NCBI GenBank assembly: GCA_040954595.2
Contig: CM082586.2
Span: 5,442,509 to 5,506,508, forward strand
Source of the DNA: Balanoglossus misakiensis
Taxonomy: Eukaryota; Animalia; Hemichordata
Length of the DNA: 64,000 nucleotides
Direction: 5' to 3'
The first letter of the stretch is position 1. Each line of letters starts with the position of its first letter. Positions 42,249 to 53,300 of this stretch are shown here, piece after piece. The translations under genes and the position numbers were made by a program. A model generated the notes under the pieces. The model ran no database searches, was not told the DNA's origin, and worked only from the letters and a program-made list of their open reading frames with translations.

Positions 42249-44551
42249 ATGCCAAGAGGAGGTCATCACTGCTGTGTCGTTGGCTGTAGCAGTAACAGCA
42301 AATGGTCTAAAGAAAAACACTCCTTCTTTCGAATACCATCTGCAAAAACAAGGGGGAAACTCAGGCAGCAATGGCTACAACGCATCAAGAGAGCCCCACC
42401 TTTCAAGGCTAGTGACAATACAAGGGTGTGTGATTTACATTTTATTGATGGTACTCCAAGCAAGTCAAATCCCCTCCCTGTGCTGAACATGGGCTACAAA
42501 GTCAAAGTAACCATTCCACGACGACCTATCATTAGATCAAGCCTTCCAGTTCCATCAAGAGTGAAAAAACGAAAACCACAAGCCATTTCCACAACCACTG
42601 CTGAAGAACCTATGGACACACATGGAGACTGTGCACTTCAGGTAGAAGCCAATCCAGTACAAATTGCTCAAAATGACAAGTCAATTAGATCAAGCCTTCC
42701 AGTTCCATCAAGAGTGACAAATCCAAAACCACAAGCCATTTCCACAACCACTGCTGAAGAACCTATGGACACACATGGAGACTGTGCACTTCAGGTAGAA
42801 GCCAATCCAGTACAAATTGCAAATGACCATGACTATGACAGACCAAATACTTCCTGTAGTCATGGCTTTGCAAATGACCATGACTACATAGTAGAAAATA
42901 TTGAACAGAGCCATGAAACTGTACAAATGCCTGAACGTGTAAGGGAAGACCAGTGTGAACTCCCAAAGAACTCCCATGGAACATCAATCTTGGACAACAG
43001 CCTGTCATCAAATGTATCCGTAGAGGATGGAGACTTAACAAGTGTTGTGAAGAAACTCTCAACAAAAGTCAAGATACTGAAAAGCAAGATAAGAAGGTTG
43101 CAGTCTTTGCAGAAACAGAAGCTAAAGTTCAGTATTGATGACATTTGCCACAGTGATAGGAAGATACTGTTTTATACTGGATTAACGTCGTACAAAGCCT
43201 TTGTCATTGTTTTAGGAAAAATAATGAAAAAGGGTGCTGAAAGGCTGTCTACCAACACAAGGCCCAGTCGAAGACCATGGTACAGAAAAGGGAGGAAACC
43301 TGGTCCTGTGCGCAAGCTAAAACTTGAAGACGAGTTCCTATTGGTTTTGATGAAGCTCAGGCTTGATCTGCTTGATGAAGATTTAGCAGACAGATTTGGA
43401 ATCAGTATCAATTTAGTGAGGCTGCTTATCCAGAGATGGGTACCATTGATGGCTAGATGCTTGAAGAAGTTAATTAACTGGCCCTCTAAAGACCAGGTTA
43501 GTGATGACATTCAGATTTGTTTGTTGGTAATCTGGAACCTGGGGCTGTATGTTTTGCAGTACTTTTTCCGTGTAGCAGAGTCATGTGATGTGAGAGCAAA
43601 CACATTGTCTAAAATCCTTGGTTATAATTTTGGGTTACAAGCATTACAGCTTTGTGTACACCTTGGTGGATATATTTTATTATGTCGGAAGATACACAAA
43701 TTTTGAGAAAGGGTTACAACCATGTCAAATCCCAAGTGCGAGTTTTGTTTTCAACTAAAATGTTTTATATTTTGAAATAAATTATTTTCAACTCCTATCA
43801 ATTTCAGGTAAAGGCACATCTTCCACGGCAGTTCAAAGCAACCTACCCCAAAACAACAGTAATTATTGACTGCACAGAAGTTTTTATTGAGCGGCCAAGT
43901 AACATCGTGGCAAGACAAGAGACCTACTCAAGCTACAAACACCACAACACTGCAAAGTTTCTTGTTGGTATCACACCTACTGGCGGTATATCATCATTGT
44001 CCAAAGTCTGGGGAGGAAGAGCTTCTGATCGGCACATTGTTGAACAAAGTGGTAAGTTTATTGCCAATTGTCAACACAGAATTCCAATTATGTGTGCATG
44101 GGTTGAGAAAAAGTAAAGATTTCAGAAAACTTTCAGAAAACTTTACTAAGTTATAGAGAAAACGTCATCGCTATTCAATTGATCCCCTTTTTTCGCAGAG
44201 ACTGAATTTTTGGATAAACTGGAGTATGGTGATCAGGTGATGGCTGACCGTGGATTTGACATTGGTGATGTACTAGCTCTGCGAGGTTGCACTCTTAACA
44301 TCCCTCCATTTACCAGAGGAAAGACACAGCTGAGTCAGAAAGAAGTCGAACAGAGCAGGCAGATTTCATCTCTGAGAATTCACGTGGAACGAGCAATAGA
44401 ACGTATTAAGAGATTCAGGATCCTTCAAGGAGTCTTCCCCTACCAAAGACTACATCTACTGGAAGACATAATTACTGTTTGTGCAGCATTAACTAATCTT
44501 TTGCCACCATTGGTAGTGGATCAGGCACAGTCTCAAATTGAAGACATGTAA
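42249..44551 (+). CDS. Transposase: THAP zinc finger + coiled coil + HTH + Harbinger/ISL2EU-type DDE domain (~614 aa)
   Basis: Exons 42249-43496, 43808-44051, 44199-44551 splice in frame (1845 nt). THAP C2CH (CCVVGC...FFRIP...W...RVCDLHF...P), HTH (LMKLRLDLLDEDLADRFGIS), catalytic motifs IIDCTE, MADRGF and RIHVERAIERIKRF, plus YSSYKHHNTAK. Confidence 0.93.
42531..42820 (+). repeat. In-frame 153-nt (51-aa) tandem duplication inside the transposase linker
   Basis: IRSSLPVPSRV..KPQAISTTTAEEPMDTHGDCALQVEANPVQIA occurs twice (nucleotide copies start at 42531 and 42684). Confidence 0.95.
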
Positions 44552-45344
44552 TTTTCCATTCTTGTAAAATGACAACAGCATACATTTTTTATAACAAACC
44601 AAGTTCAAGACATGAACACTTTATTTTCTCTTCTTGAAAGGGAGTTATCTTATGTCATTTCAGATTCATAAATTTACATTTGTTTTAAAAAAAAAATGTG
44701 CATACAATGAAATGGTAATTTATTCCTCTGGAAAACTGAAAGGAAAAGTTTACATTTTTTTACCTCTGCTGTCTGGGATGCGGAGCTAATCAGATTGGGT
44801 GATTTTCCTTTGAACATTGCCTTTCCTTATTGCTTTAAAATTTGTTATGCAATTCTGTAGAGGTGGCCTAATTCAGATTTGTCCAAACTGGTAAAATTTG
44901 CATGTTTTTGCCATTTTTAGTCAATGTCATCTAGAACAGGCAGTCTGACTTGCTGTAAACGTTAGTATCGGAGGTTCATATGAGTGAAGGGAGTAAAATA
45001 AAGTCAAAGATTGGAAATGTGCATATATATACACCCTAGGTCCTTGTTTAGTAATGTGTAAACTGTAGCATTTCAAGAAAACTATATAACAATACTACAA
45101 TCGTAATGTTAGCTTCTGTACCATTTTAATTCGGTAATAAATATGTAAATAACAATGTGTCTGTAAATGAGATTAATTAATCAGCAATCTGTGGTGTGCA
45201 CTAATTGAATTTGTAAATACAAAGCTTTTCGCTATCCAGATACATGCCGTCCCTATCTCATCTGCCATTGTTTATCATTTTCCTATCTTTGCACTTGCCT
45301 CCCCCCCCCCCCCCCCAATGTCATTTCATATATCCTCTGTCTTA

Positions 45345-47796
45345 TCACGCATCTCTGCAACCATTACAAAACCAGTCATCACTTTCTAGTCCCTTTTCTT
45401 TGCCCGTCAGGCCTACACACTTGAAGTGGTACCAAATGTCGCATCTATCACAGGCTACTCCACTTTTCTTGACATCCCGTCCGCAAGTACCGCATGGCCA
45501 CATACACTTTCGTTTGCCCTTTGTACTGGTCGTAGACGGTTTAATGGCTGGCAGATCAGTTGGGGCAGGCAACTCTGCTTGCAGACCTGTTGAAGCCACG
45601 TTGGCCAGAGTGGAGACATCAAGAGGGTCAGCAGTTGCATTAATGCAGTCTGATCCAGGCTGGTGACTTGGTGGGAATATCTCTTCCAGGACTGCTCGAA
45701 TGACATCAGGAACATGGCGGGCTGGCGATGAAGATCCTTGTGGTCGGATTTCATCCTTCATCATGATTGGAACCACATGTTGGAGATAGAATGAGTCAAC
45801 GTTGCCTTTGAGTCTGCCCCAGAAGGCTTCATCAAACAGAACTGGAATGACAAGTAAACCCAGCTTGGTAAACACAACAAAATCACACACTTGAATATTA
45901 AGAACACCCATCTGGGCTTGTACCTGTGTGTAATATTGATGTGTTTGAACCAAGCTGTAGTTTCCGTTACTGTGTCGTTGGATATACTTGATGGTATGTC
46001 CAACAGCCTGCTGGGGTGTGACATCTCTGGCACTGTACGGACATTTACATTCAACAACACGTGTCACACAGCAGTCGCAGCTAGCAATCCTGTCAGGGGA
46101 TACACCAATATGTGAGTCCCCTACAGGGACAGTCAACCCACATCTGGTGACAACCAGGTTTTTGTGGTGGGTAGACATGGCTGTCTCGTACATCTGAACT
46201 GCAGTGTCTTCTTTATCTCTCCCCCATCTGATGGCCATTGGTGTATTACCTCTTCTAAATGTAGTCTTGCCCTTTATCGACGCCATTACTGAACTGGACG
46301 GTTGACAACCATTTCTTTCCACAAAGCGGTGAATACTGTGCATTTTTGATGCTGTGATTCTGAACTTCCGATGAGCATGCCACTGTTCACTGTCACTTTG
46401 ATCTATGGTGGTCTTGTTTATTTCAGCTGTCTGTTCCTGAGTTATATTGTTCTTGATGTACTGGAATAACCCTTCATCTGTGATGTGTTGACTTTGAGTA
46501 ATGTACTGCTCGGCCGCTTCAATGGCAGTATTTGGATGGTTGATTGTGAGCGGTGTTATCACGGGCGTACTTTCTAATTCTACTTCTTCTGCAATGCCAT
46601 CAAAAAACACTTCATCCGTGTTTACACACTGACGTGGTTGAATCAAATGAAGGGCAACTGGAGTTCCTGGGATTTGACAGACAGCATCCCATATGTTGTC
46701 ATCAGAGTCAGATGTAATGCTTGGAATATGGGCTGGCCTGAAAGTTCTTGGTTGAGTGCTGTACTTTGGGTGCCTGAAGTCAATGTCCTTCAACAGTGCA
46801 GGGCGTGTTTTCGCACGGTAATTGTCATTCCAGGCACAGGGGACCTCTGTACATGTTGAATTCCGGTTCAGACCATTATCAGTAGCTGCTACTACCTTAA
46901 ACAATAATGCAGCAACGTGGGTGCAAGCTTCGCCTAACCTGGAATAATGTGGGAAAAATACAAGTACATGTTAAACTACAGTAAACAATTTTTTAAAAAT
47001 ATTTTATCCAAATGTAACTTTTGCATATGCCTGTAAAATAGATCATGTACACTTACCCTGCCATACACTGACAGCGAGCTCCCTTGACAGTCAAATCGTC
47101 AAAGTGTACAATCACCCACACGTGGTATGGGTCGGTGCTGGCTTGAGACCTTCTCACTGTAGTTTTTAGATAAACATATGGTTCCTCCGCAACTTTGTGA
47201 ACATACACTTTACTAACGAAGCCATTATAGAAAAACTGATATCCATCAAGAGACCGGTAGGCTTGCAGTGTGTCTGCTGTGTAGATCCCTATATGTGAGA
47301 GGTCAAAAACGAAAGTTTTGTACACGCTGTAGTTTCATAAATGATGGAAGGGAGACAATGCAAGATATTATTAATCTTCTTATTAATCACATAAAGCAGA
47401 ATTCTGTTTAGAGATGCATGAATAATATAAAGAAACTGCAAACTTAATACAAGTGGATATCATGTATAACATACCTGGAGTGTTGATAAGATAATTAAAA
47501 ATGTCTGCAAATGTCAGAGGAGGTGTTTTCCTTATGTCTGCATCCCATTCTTTAACTGTGTCTGGATGCGGCAATTGGTTGTCACCTGACAGTAAAATTT
47601 CTGTGAGCCGGATTTCACTTCTTCTTTGTGTTTCTACTTGGGATGGATTAACAGGAAGCTTCAATTTCCACGCCCAAAAGGCCAGCACTGCCAACTCTCC
47701 CTGGCGCCCATCAGCTCTAATTTTTCTCTGGCCTAGATATTGTTTTAGTTCTGCCACGGTGTGTCCTCGAAAGTGTTCGAGAGTAAGATCCGCCAT
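45345..47796 (-). CDS. Transposon accessory protein: SAP-like + SWIM zinc finger + YqaJ/lambda-type exonuclease + C-terminal PHD finger (~715 aa)
   Basis: Exons 47796-47475, 47288-47057, 46938-45345 splice in frame (2148 nt). SAP-like TVAELKQYLGQRKIRADGRQGEL; SWIM CQCMAGLGEACTHVAALL spans an intron; YqaJ motifs WHAHRKFRITAS, WGRDKEDTA, SPDR..VECKCP, YYTQVQAQM; PHD CGTC..CDRCDIWYHFKC..WFCNGC. Confidence 0.92.
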
Positions 47797-48138
47797 GATA
47801 ATTGCTGCAAAGAAGACAAGCTAAGTAATTAATTATCAAGGAAACAATATTTCAATAAAAGATGTGTAGAGTTACAAATTGAAAAATAGAAAATGATACA
47901 AAAACAGTAATGGTTATCCACATTTATCCCTAAAGAAACAGGGCCAGCTGAGAAGATTTCAACCAAACGAATTTGTCAAATCAGCAAGTCAAAATTCTTC
48001 CATTAAAATCTCCCAGTGGTTGGATTTAGTCAATAGCAACACAAATTGTTGAAAGCCAAAATTGCAGAGCATTATAGTGTGAATGGCCGAAGTGAACACA
48101 GATTTTAGCATTGCATTTGCTGCTAGTACCAGCTGGGT

Positions 48139-48846
48139 GCCACGCCCCCTTTTTTACACAACGTTCGATGGCTGTAGGTTTGGATGTACAAGAATAAAAA
48201 TGGTTCAATCAAACATCACGATTCTTTATTCAAGTGACTTTCAAGAAACAATGAACATTGGCTGCCAAATGATCAACTAAACAAGGGGCCACGATGCAGC
48301 AGTGAAAGCGATGATGTGACGCCCATTCACACGTTTTTGTAAATGGCTGTGAAACCATTGTTTCGAATGCTTTGGAAATCTAACTTGAAGCATTATGAAA
48401 AGTACACCAAATCAGTATTTTATGGTCGATTTACGTCCATTCTTGCCCCTAGAGGTGGTAAAGTAAGTGCAGAGTGATAGTTTACAACTTAATACAAGTA
48501 CTCACCGCTGATATTGTTGAACTCTTGCTTCCGTCGTCGATCGAACAGGCGAGAGAGAACAGTTCTTAAAAACTAGAACAGTTCTAAAAACTCAAAAATA
48601 ACTATAAATAACTATAACTAACACTAAAACAGAACAAAATATAACTACTTATACTACTACTACTAACGCTACTTGAGGAAAATCTGACTAAACCGCTGGA
48701 AAATTGGATAGGTTGTAGACGCTTGTTGTCATTGACTTGCACAGTGAACAGCTGACACTCGACTGAGTTACTCCCCCCCATGCGGAAGTCAAGTGACCCA
48801 CAATGCACTGCAAATTTCCAAGATGGCGTTAACACAGTTTATCCCT
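48139..48846 (-). repeat. Right terminal inverted repeat (~705 bp)
   Basis: Reverse complement of 41105-41810. Confidence 0.95.
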
Positions 48847-49299
48847 ATAGACGGCGTAATTGTGCCCCCTGCGGTAAACGTTGACTGACGCAAGTAATGT
48901 ACATGTGTACATGAAACATACATACCTTGACTATTTTTCTCGAACAGTTGTGTCAGACTCCCTGATTGGGCATTCAAGGCAAAAACTGTACCGCCACGAA
49001 GTAGCTGATGGCTAGCAGTTAGGTGACGTGGTGGGGAGTTGGCTATAAACCCATGAAAACAAAGCCTGTTTTGGCGAGTTTCGGTCACGCCGAATGTTTT
49101 ATGGCTTGAAATACACACAGTATTATGCACGCACGCTCGCTGACTCGCTAACAATCACGTACGCATGAAATTCTTCTTGGAGATCCCTGTCCACCGCTTC
49201 TCCGGCGCTTGATTTCGCTAAACGTGTTCACATGTCACACTGACAAACAGAATGCCGTGCTGTACCGTTCGATAAATCGCTAGAATCCTTGCATTTCAC

Positions 49300-49650
49300 G
49301 ATATAAACAGTCCTCAGCTGACACAAAAGACAAAGACAAGGTCGTCTGCGAATAAAAAAGTGTAAACCGGAAGTAATACGTAGGTTTATCAAGATTCGCG
49401 AGGTGGCAGTAGAGTTATAAATTTCCCCTAAAAGTTGTCAAATGCCAGAGAAAAAGTTCATCATGAAGTAAATGAATGATAAAATATATAGTTTGTATTT
49501 TTCTGCAATGAAGTTTCACGTAATGGGTACTTAATTCGAGAAAAGGTTAAATATGTTAATAATTGATATTTTTGGTCACCTAGAGGTCCTCGAATTACCA
49601 AAACAAGATCGCACGATCGTGATACTGATGGCGATCAAGGCAGGTAAGAT
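49300..49650. promoter_or_regulatory. Putative VPS13B promoter and non-coding first exon, possibly bidirectional with KDM1B
   Basis: CpG-richer segment with CCGGAAGT (49367) and TTCGCGAG (49395). Strong + strand donor CAG|GTAAGA at 49644 pairs plausibly with the acceptor at 50323 just upstream of the VPS13B ATG. Confidence 0.5.
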
Positions 49651-50165
49651 GATCTAATGTAACTTTCAGCAAGTGTGTACAGTGGCTTCTGTCCTTCATT
49701 TGAAAGGCCGTGCCGAGAAACTGAAGGCAAGTGTACGTCATAACACAAACATCGTGATCAAGCCTTTGTAAATGATGCTGTCACCTCCCGTCAGGTGACC
49801 GGTCAGGCCACGATCCCAATCCTTGCCACGTCGTCCGGATGGTGTCACTGTTGTGTTGGTACCCGAAATGTTTATGACAGGGCGAAAGCGCATATACCAT
49901 ATGTGTCTGAAAAGCAAATAGCATGAAACATTGTTTTATCTTTCAAAGCAATTATATTTTTTACCCTTAGTCGGAGATCCAAATATAAAAGCCACCCAAC
50001 ACTGCAGCAGATAGAGTATAAAACTCAGTCCTAATATTAATATTTTGTATATTAATCTGATTTCATATCAGCCGGAATCTACCACGCACGACACATCAGT
50101 GCACTGTAACAATTGTCAAGCAGTGTACACTTGACAATCGTTACAATAATGTAGCGTGCTTTAAT

Positions 50166-50221
50166 TTGATATGATATATGATATATGATATATGATATGA
50201 TATGATATGATATGATATGAT
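50166..50221 (+). repeat. (ATATG)n/(ATATATG)n microsatellite
   Basis: Directly visible. Confidence 0.9.
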
Positions 50222-50380
50222 TTAAATTATAAGGGACAATAACAGTGCTGCAGATGCCATTCATTGATTTTCATTTATCAATTAGTTCAGATGATAATCA
50301 TTTGTTTCCTTTCTTGTTTACAGGTTGAGAGTGGGTTGCAATGTGTTCTGGTCTGGTACAAGGTAGTGGTGTAGAGAAAC

Positions 50381-53300
50381 ATGTTTAAGATAGAGTCTTA
50401 CATCGCCCCTCTCTTGCTCAGCTATGTCGACAAATATATCAAGAACTTGAAACCAGAGGATCTGCAGCTCTCGTTATGGGGAGGCGATCTAGTTTTGAAC
50501 AAGCTAGATCTCAAGCTGGATGTCTTGGAGCATGATCTGAATTTGCCGATATCGTTCGTCAGTGGGAACATCCACGAGCTGCGAATCCACGTGCCGTGGC
50601 ATAAGCTGGTTTATGAGCCTGTCGTGGTTACCATCAACACAATAGAGTGCGTCTTGAAGCTCCGCGATGCCGCCGATAGCGATCATGGGAGTACCAGCTC
50701 AAAGTCAAGTTCGACGCAGAAAGGCCGAGCAGAGAAAAGGTCAAAGGCCATAAAATTCGAACAGGAAGATGTTCCCCCCAGTTACATCCAGACACTGGTG
50801 AACAGAGTCATCAATAATGTGAACATCGAGGTGAATAACCTCATACTGAAGTATGTCGAAGATGATATTGTGTTATCGGTGAACGTGAAATCGTTTGAGT
50901 CGTTCAGTGTGAACAGCAACTGGGAAAGAGCGTTTATAGAGCTCGCCCAGCCCGACCTCGTATTGCGACGAATCCTCCAGCTGTCCGATATAACGGTGTG
51001 TCTGGATAAACGGAACGCCAGTGGAAAGATCGAAATGTACCAAGAGCCGCTTCTGTACAAGTGTTCGGTCACCGGCCGTATGCACATGACTTTCGACGGC
51101 GTAAACGCAAAGCGCGCAAGCGTGATCAGGATCAACACCATATGCGAGAAGCTGGACATCTCCATCAGCGATACGCAACTACCCATGTACATTAGGCTGA
51201 ATATGTTACTGCTGGCCTTATACTACGGCGAAATTGAGGTGCCGGGGAAGGAAAATAAGGATGATGTGGAAAAGTCTAAAGATGTTGAGCAAGTGAAAGA
51301 GGACGGTGCAGTTGCAAGTGGTAAATTTTACCCCAATCTGATTAAAATCAGATGTAGGGTACGGCGACCTATTTTTAATATTTGCTATGCCCAGTATCCT
51401 CTTATGCTGTCATAGTGTGAGGCAACAGCATAAGAGAATACTGCGCAAGCAAAAGGTGTCACCATACCCTACATCTGATTTAATCACATTGGTTTTACCC
51501 TTATATCTGATTGATATCCCTTTTATCACTTGAAGCTAAATAATGTGCAATAACATCGAAGTTCCCTAAATTTTAGATCAGGTAACATACAGTGACAAAA
51601 TTCAGAATTTGAACCAAAATTGGATTTATTGTCAATTTTACACTTAGAATCGACAGATGCTCAGTTGGAAGAAATCGATCCAAACAACGAAGGTTGGGCA
51701 TCGTGGGCGTGGTCATACGTTCCTCAGCTGGTGATGGTGGAGGATGAAGAGGAACTAGAGAGCTACCAGCAAGGGAGACCCAGGAAGAAAATGGAGCCAC
51801 CAGTTTTGGTGCTGGGACTTTACTTTGTCAAGTCCAGGGTTACATTCAAGGTATTTTGTTCATCCAACAGGTGTTTGCCTCAGTATTGAAAACTTGGGAG
51901 ATGTCGCGTTGTAGACAAAGATTTGTTCTTGGCGGAGGGTGACCAATCGAATACTGTAAAACACTTTATTTTTGCGAGTTAAATTTTTCGCAATATCGAG
52001 AGAGGCCACTGTTTCGCGAGTATTAATTTTCGCGTTCTCTTATTTCATTCACTGCATCGTTATCTTCAAAAAACAATTTACGCGACTTTTTATTTTCACG
52101 CTATTTTGGCTCTCGCGTATTTAGCGAAAATTCACTGCTCGCGAAAATAAAGTGTTTTACAGTATATTTTATCTATCACATTTCCTCTTACAGCTGACAG
52201 ATGTAAGGCAAGACACTCCTTACTATGGACCGCAGAAGATTGTTTTCAACCCCTTCCTGTGTCTTCAAGTGGACGGTGCGGCCATTGAGGTTGTCTTCAA
52301 GGGGGATCCATTCTTCAATGCCCAGATTGGTTTCACTAATGTCACCATCTTTGGTCTGGGAAACTGTGCGTGTGAGCTGCCTGACCTCCAAGATGGCCAC
52401 CGCCAGCAGGTAATTTTGATCATATCTTGCATACTGTACCTATCAGTGACTGTTCCAGTCTGATTAAAATCAGATGCAGAGCCTAACATGTCATAACTGA
52501 ACCCTTAGCACCCTGGCCCCTGGTGACCTATTGGCATCCTTCAGAAGTTTCTTACAGGAAAACAGTAGCAAATTTCAAATAGTTAAGTACCATTTGAAGC
52601 GATATGAACTCCAAGCATCTGATAATTAGCTGCACACAGTCTACCCTAGGTAAGTGATAAAAAGCTTGATTGTTGACTTTGCTGTTTATATCTTCCTTCA
52701 GCCGTTTGTGAGCTGTGGTGACTTCAACATGGAAAGAAAACAGCAGAACTACATAACCGGGTCTCTGTTCGACGAGGAGAGCCCTGAGAACAACAGTCAA
52801 AGATCGCAGTTCATATTTGATGTGGAGGAACATCAGATGAAGTATTCAGAGACCTTGGCTTTGCAGAGATTTGGCGCATTCTGGTTGGATTATCTTTACA
52901 CCATGGAAGTCAGAGAAGATGAAGGTAAATGCTGTGTGGCATAATTTTAGATGCCTTCAGAAGTTCAGTAGTTATGTTTTTGTGGTTGAATTATTCTTAT
53001 AATTGTGTTAGAAGTGCTCAGTTCAAAACTGTTTTTACAGGCAGCAAGTCATCCAGACACAGTGAAGAATTGCAATACAATCACACCAAGGAGACGTCTT
53101 CGAAGAAATTCTTGTTTGGATCGTCGACTTGGAATATCAACAGCAGTGCAATACATAGACTGCAGAAGTTTCTATTCTGTGCAAATGACCATGAATATGA
53201 ACCATACAGTAAACCCAAAGAAGGTGAGTTTGGCATGTCTACTGAGATTGGATGTTAGATACCACACAACAGGGACGTGTGAATGTATGAAGTAAAACGT

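Larger units (their letters stand above)
41105..48846. mobile_element. Full-length, probably autonomous ISL2EU-type (PIF/Harbinger-related) DNA transposon with ~700-bp TIRs
   Basis: Ends gt-at|AGGGATAAACTGTGTTAACGCC... and ...GGCGTTAACACAGTTTATCCCT|at-ag. This reads as an AT duplication, or equally as TATA if the TIR starts at GGG. Two convergent intact genes (THAP-DDE transposase and YqaJ exonuclease) match the described ISL2EU gene content. Confidence 0.92.

Noticed and set aside
42108-43706. 532-aa single-exon ORF as the full transposase
   Set aside because: The N-terminal 47 aa lie upstream of the acceptor at 42241 and the tail after 43496 is intron read-through; the DDE residues are in two downstream exons.
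42249-44551. Domesticated host gene (HARBI1 or THAP9-like)
   Set aside because: Flanked by intact near-identical TIRs with a target duplication and paired with the accessory gene; the DDE domain is Harbinger/ISL2EU-type, not P-element type.
45345-46904. YqaJ exonuclease as evidence of a prophage, virus or bacterial contamination
   Set aside because: The gene has spliceosomal introns and a PHD finger and lies inside TIRs with a Harbinger-type transposase, matching a eukaryotic ISL2EU element.
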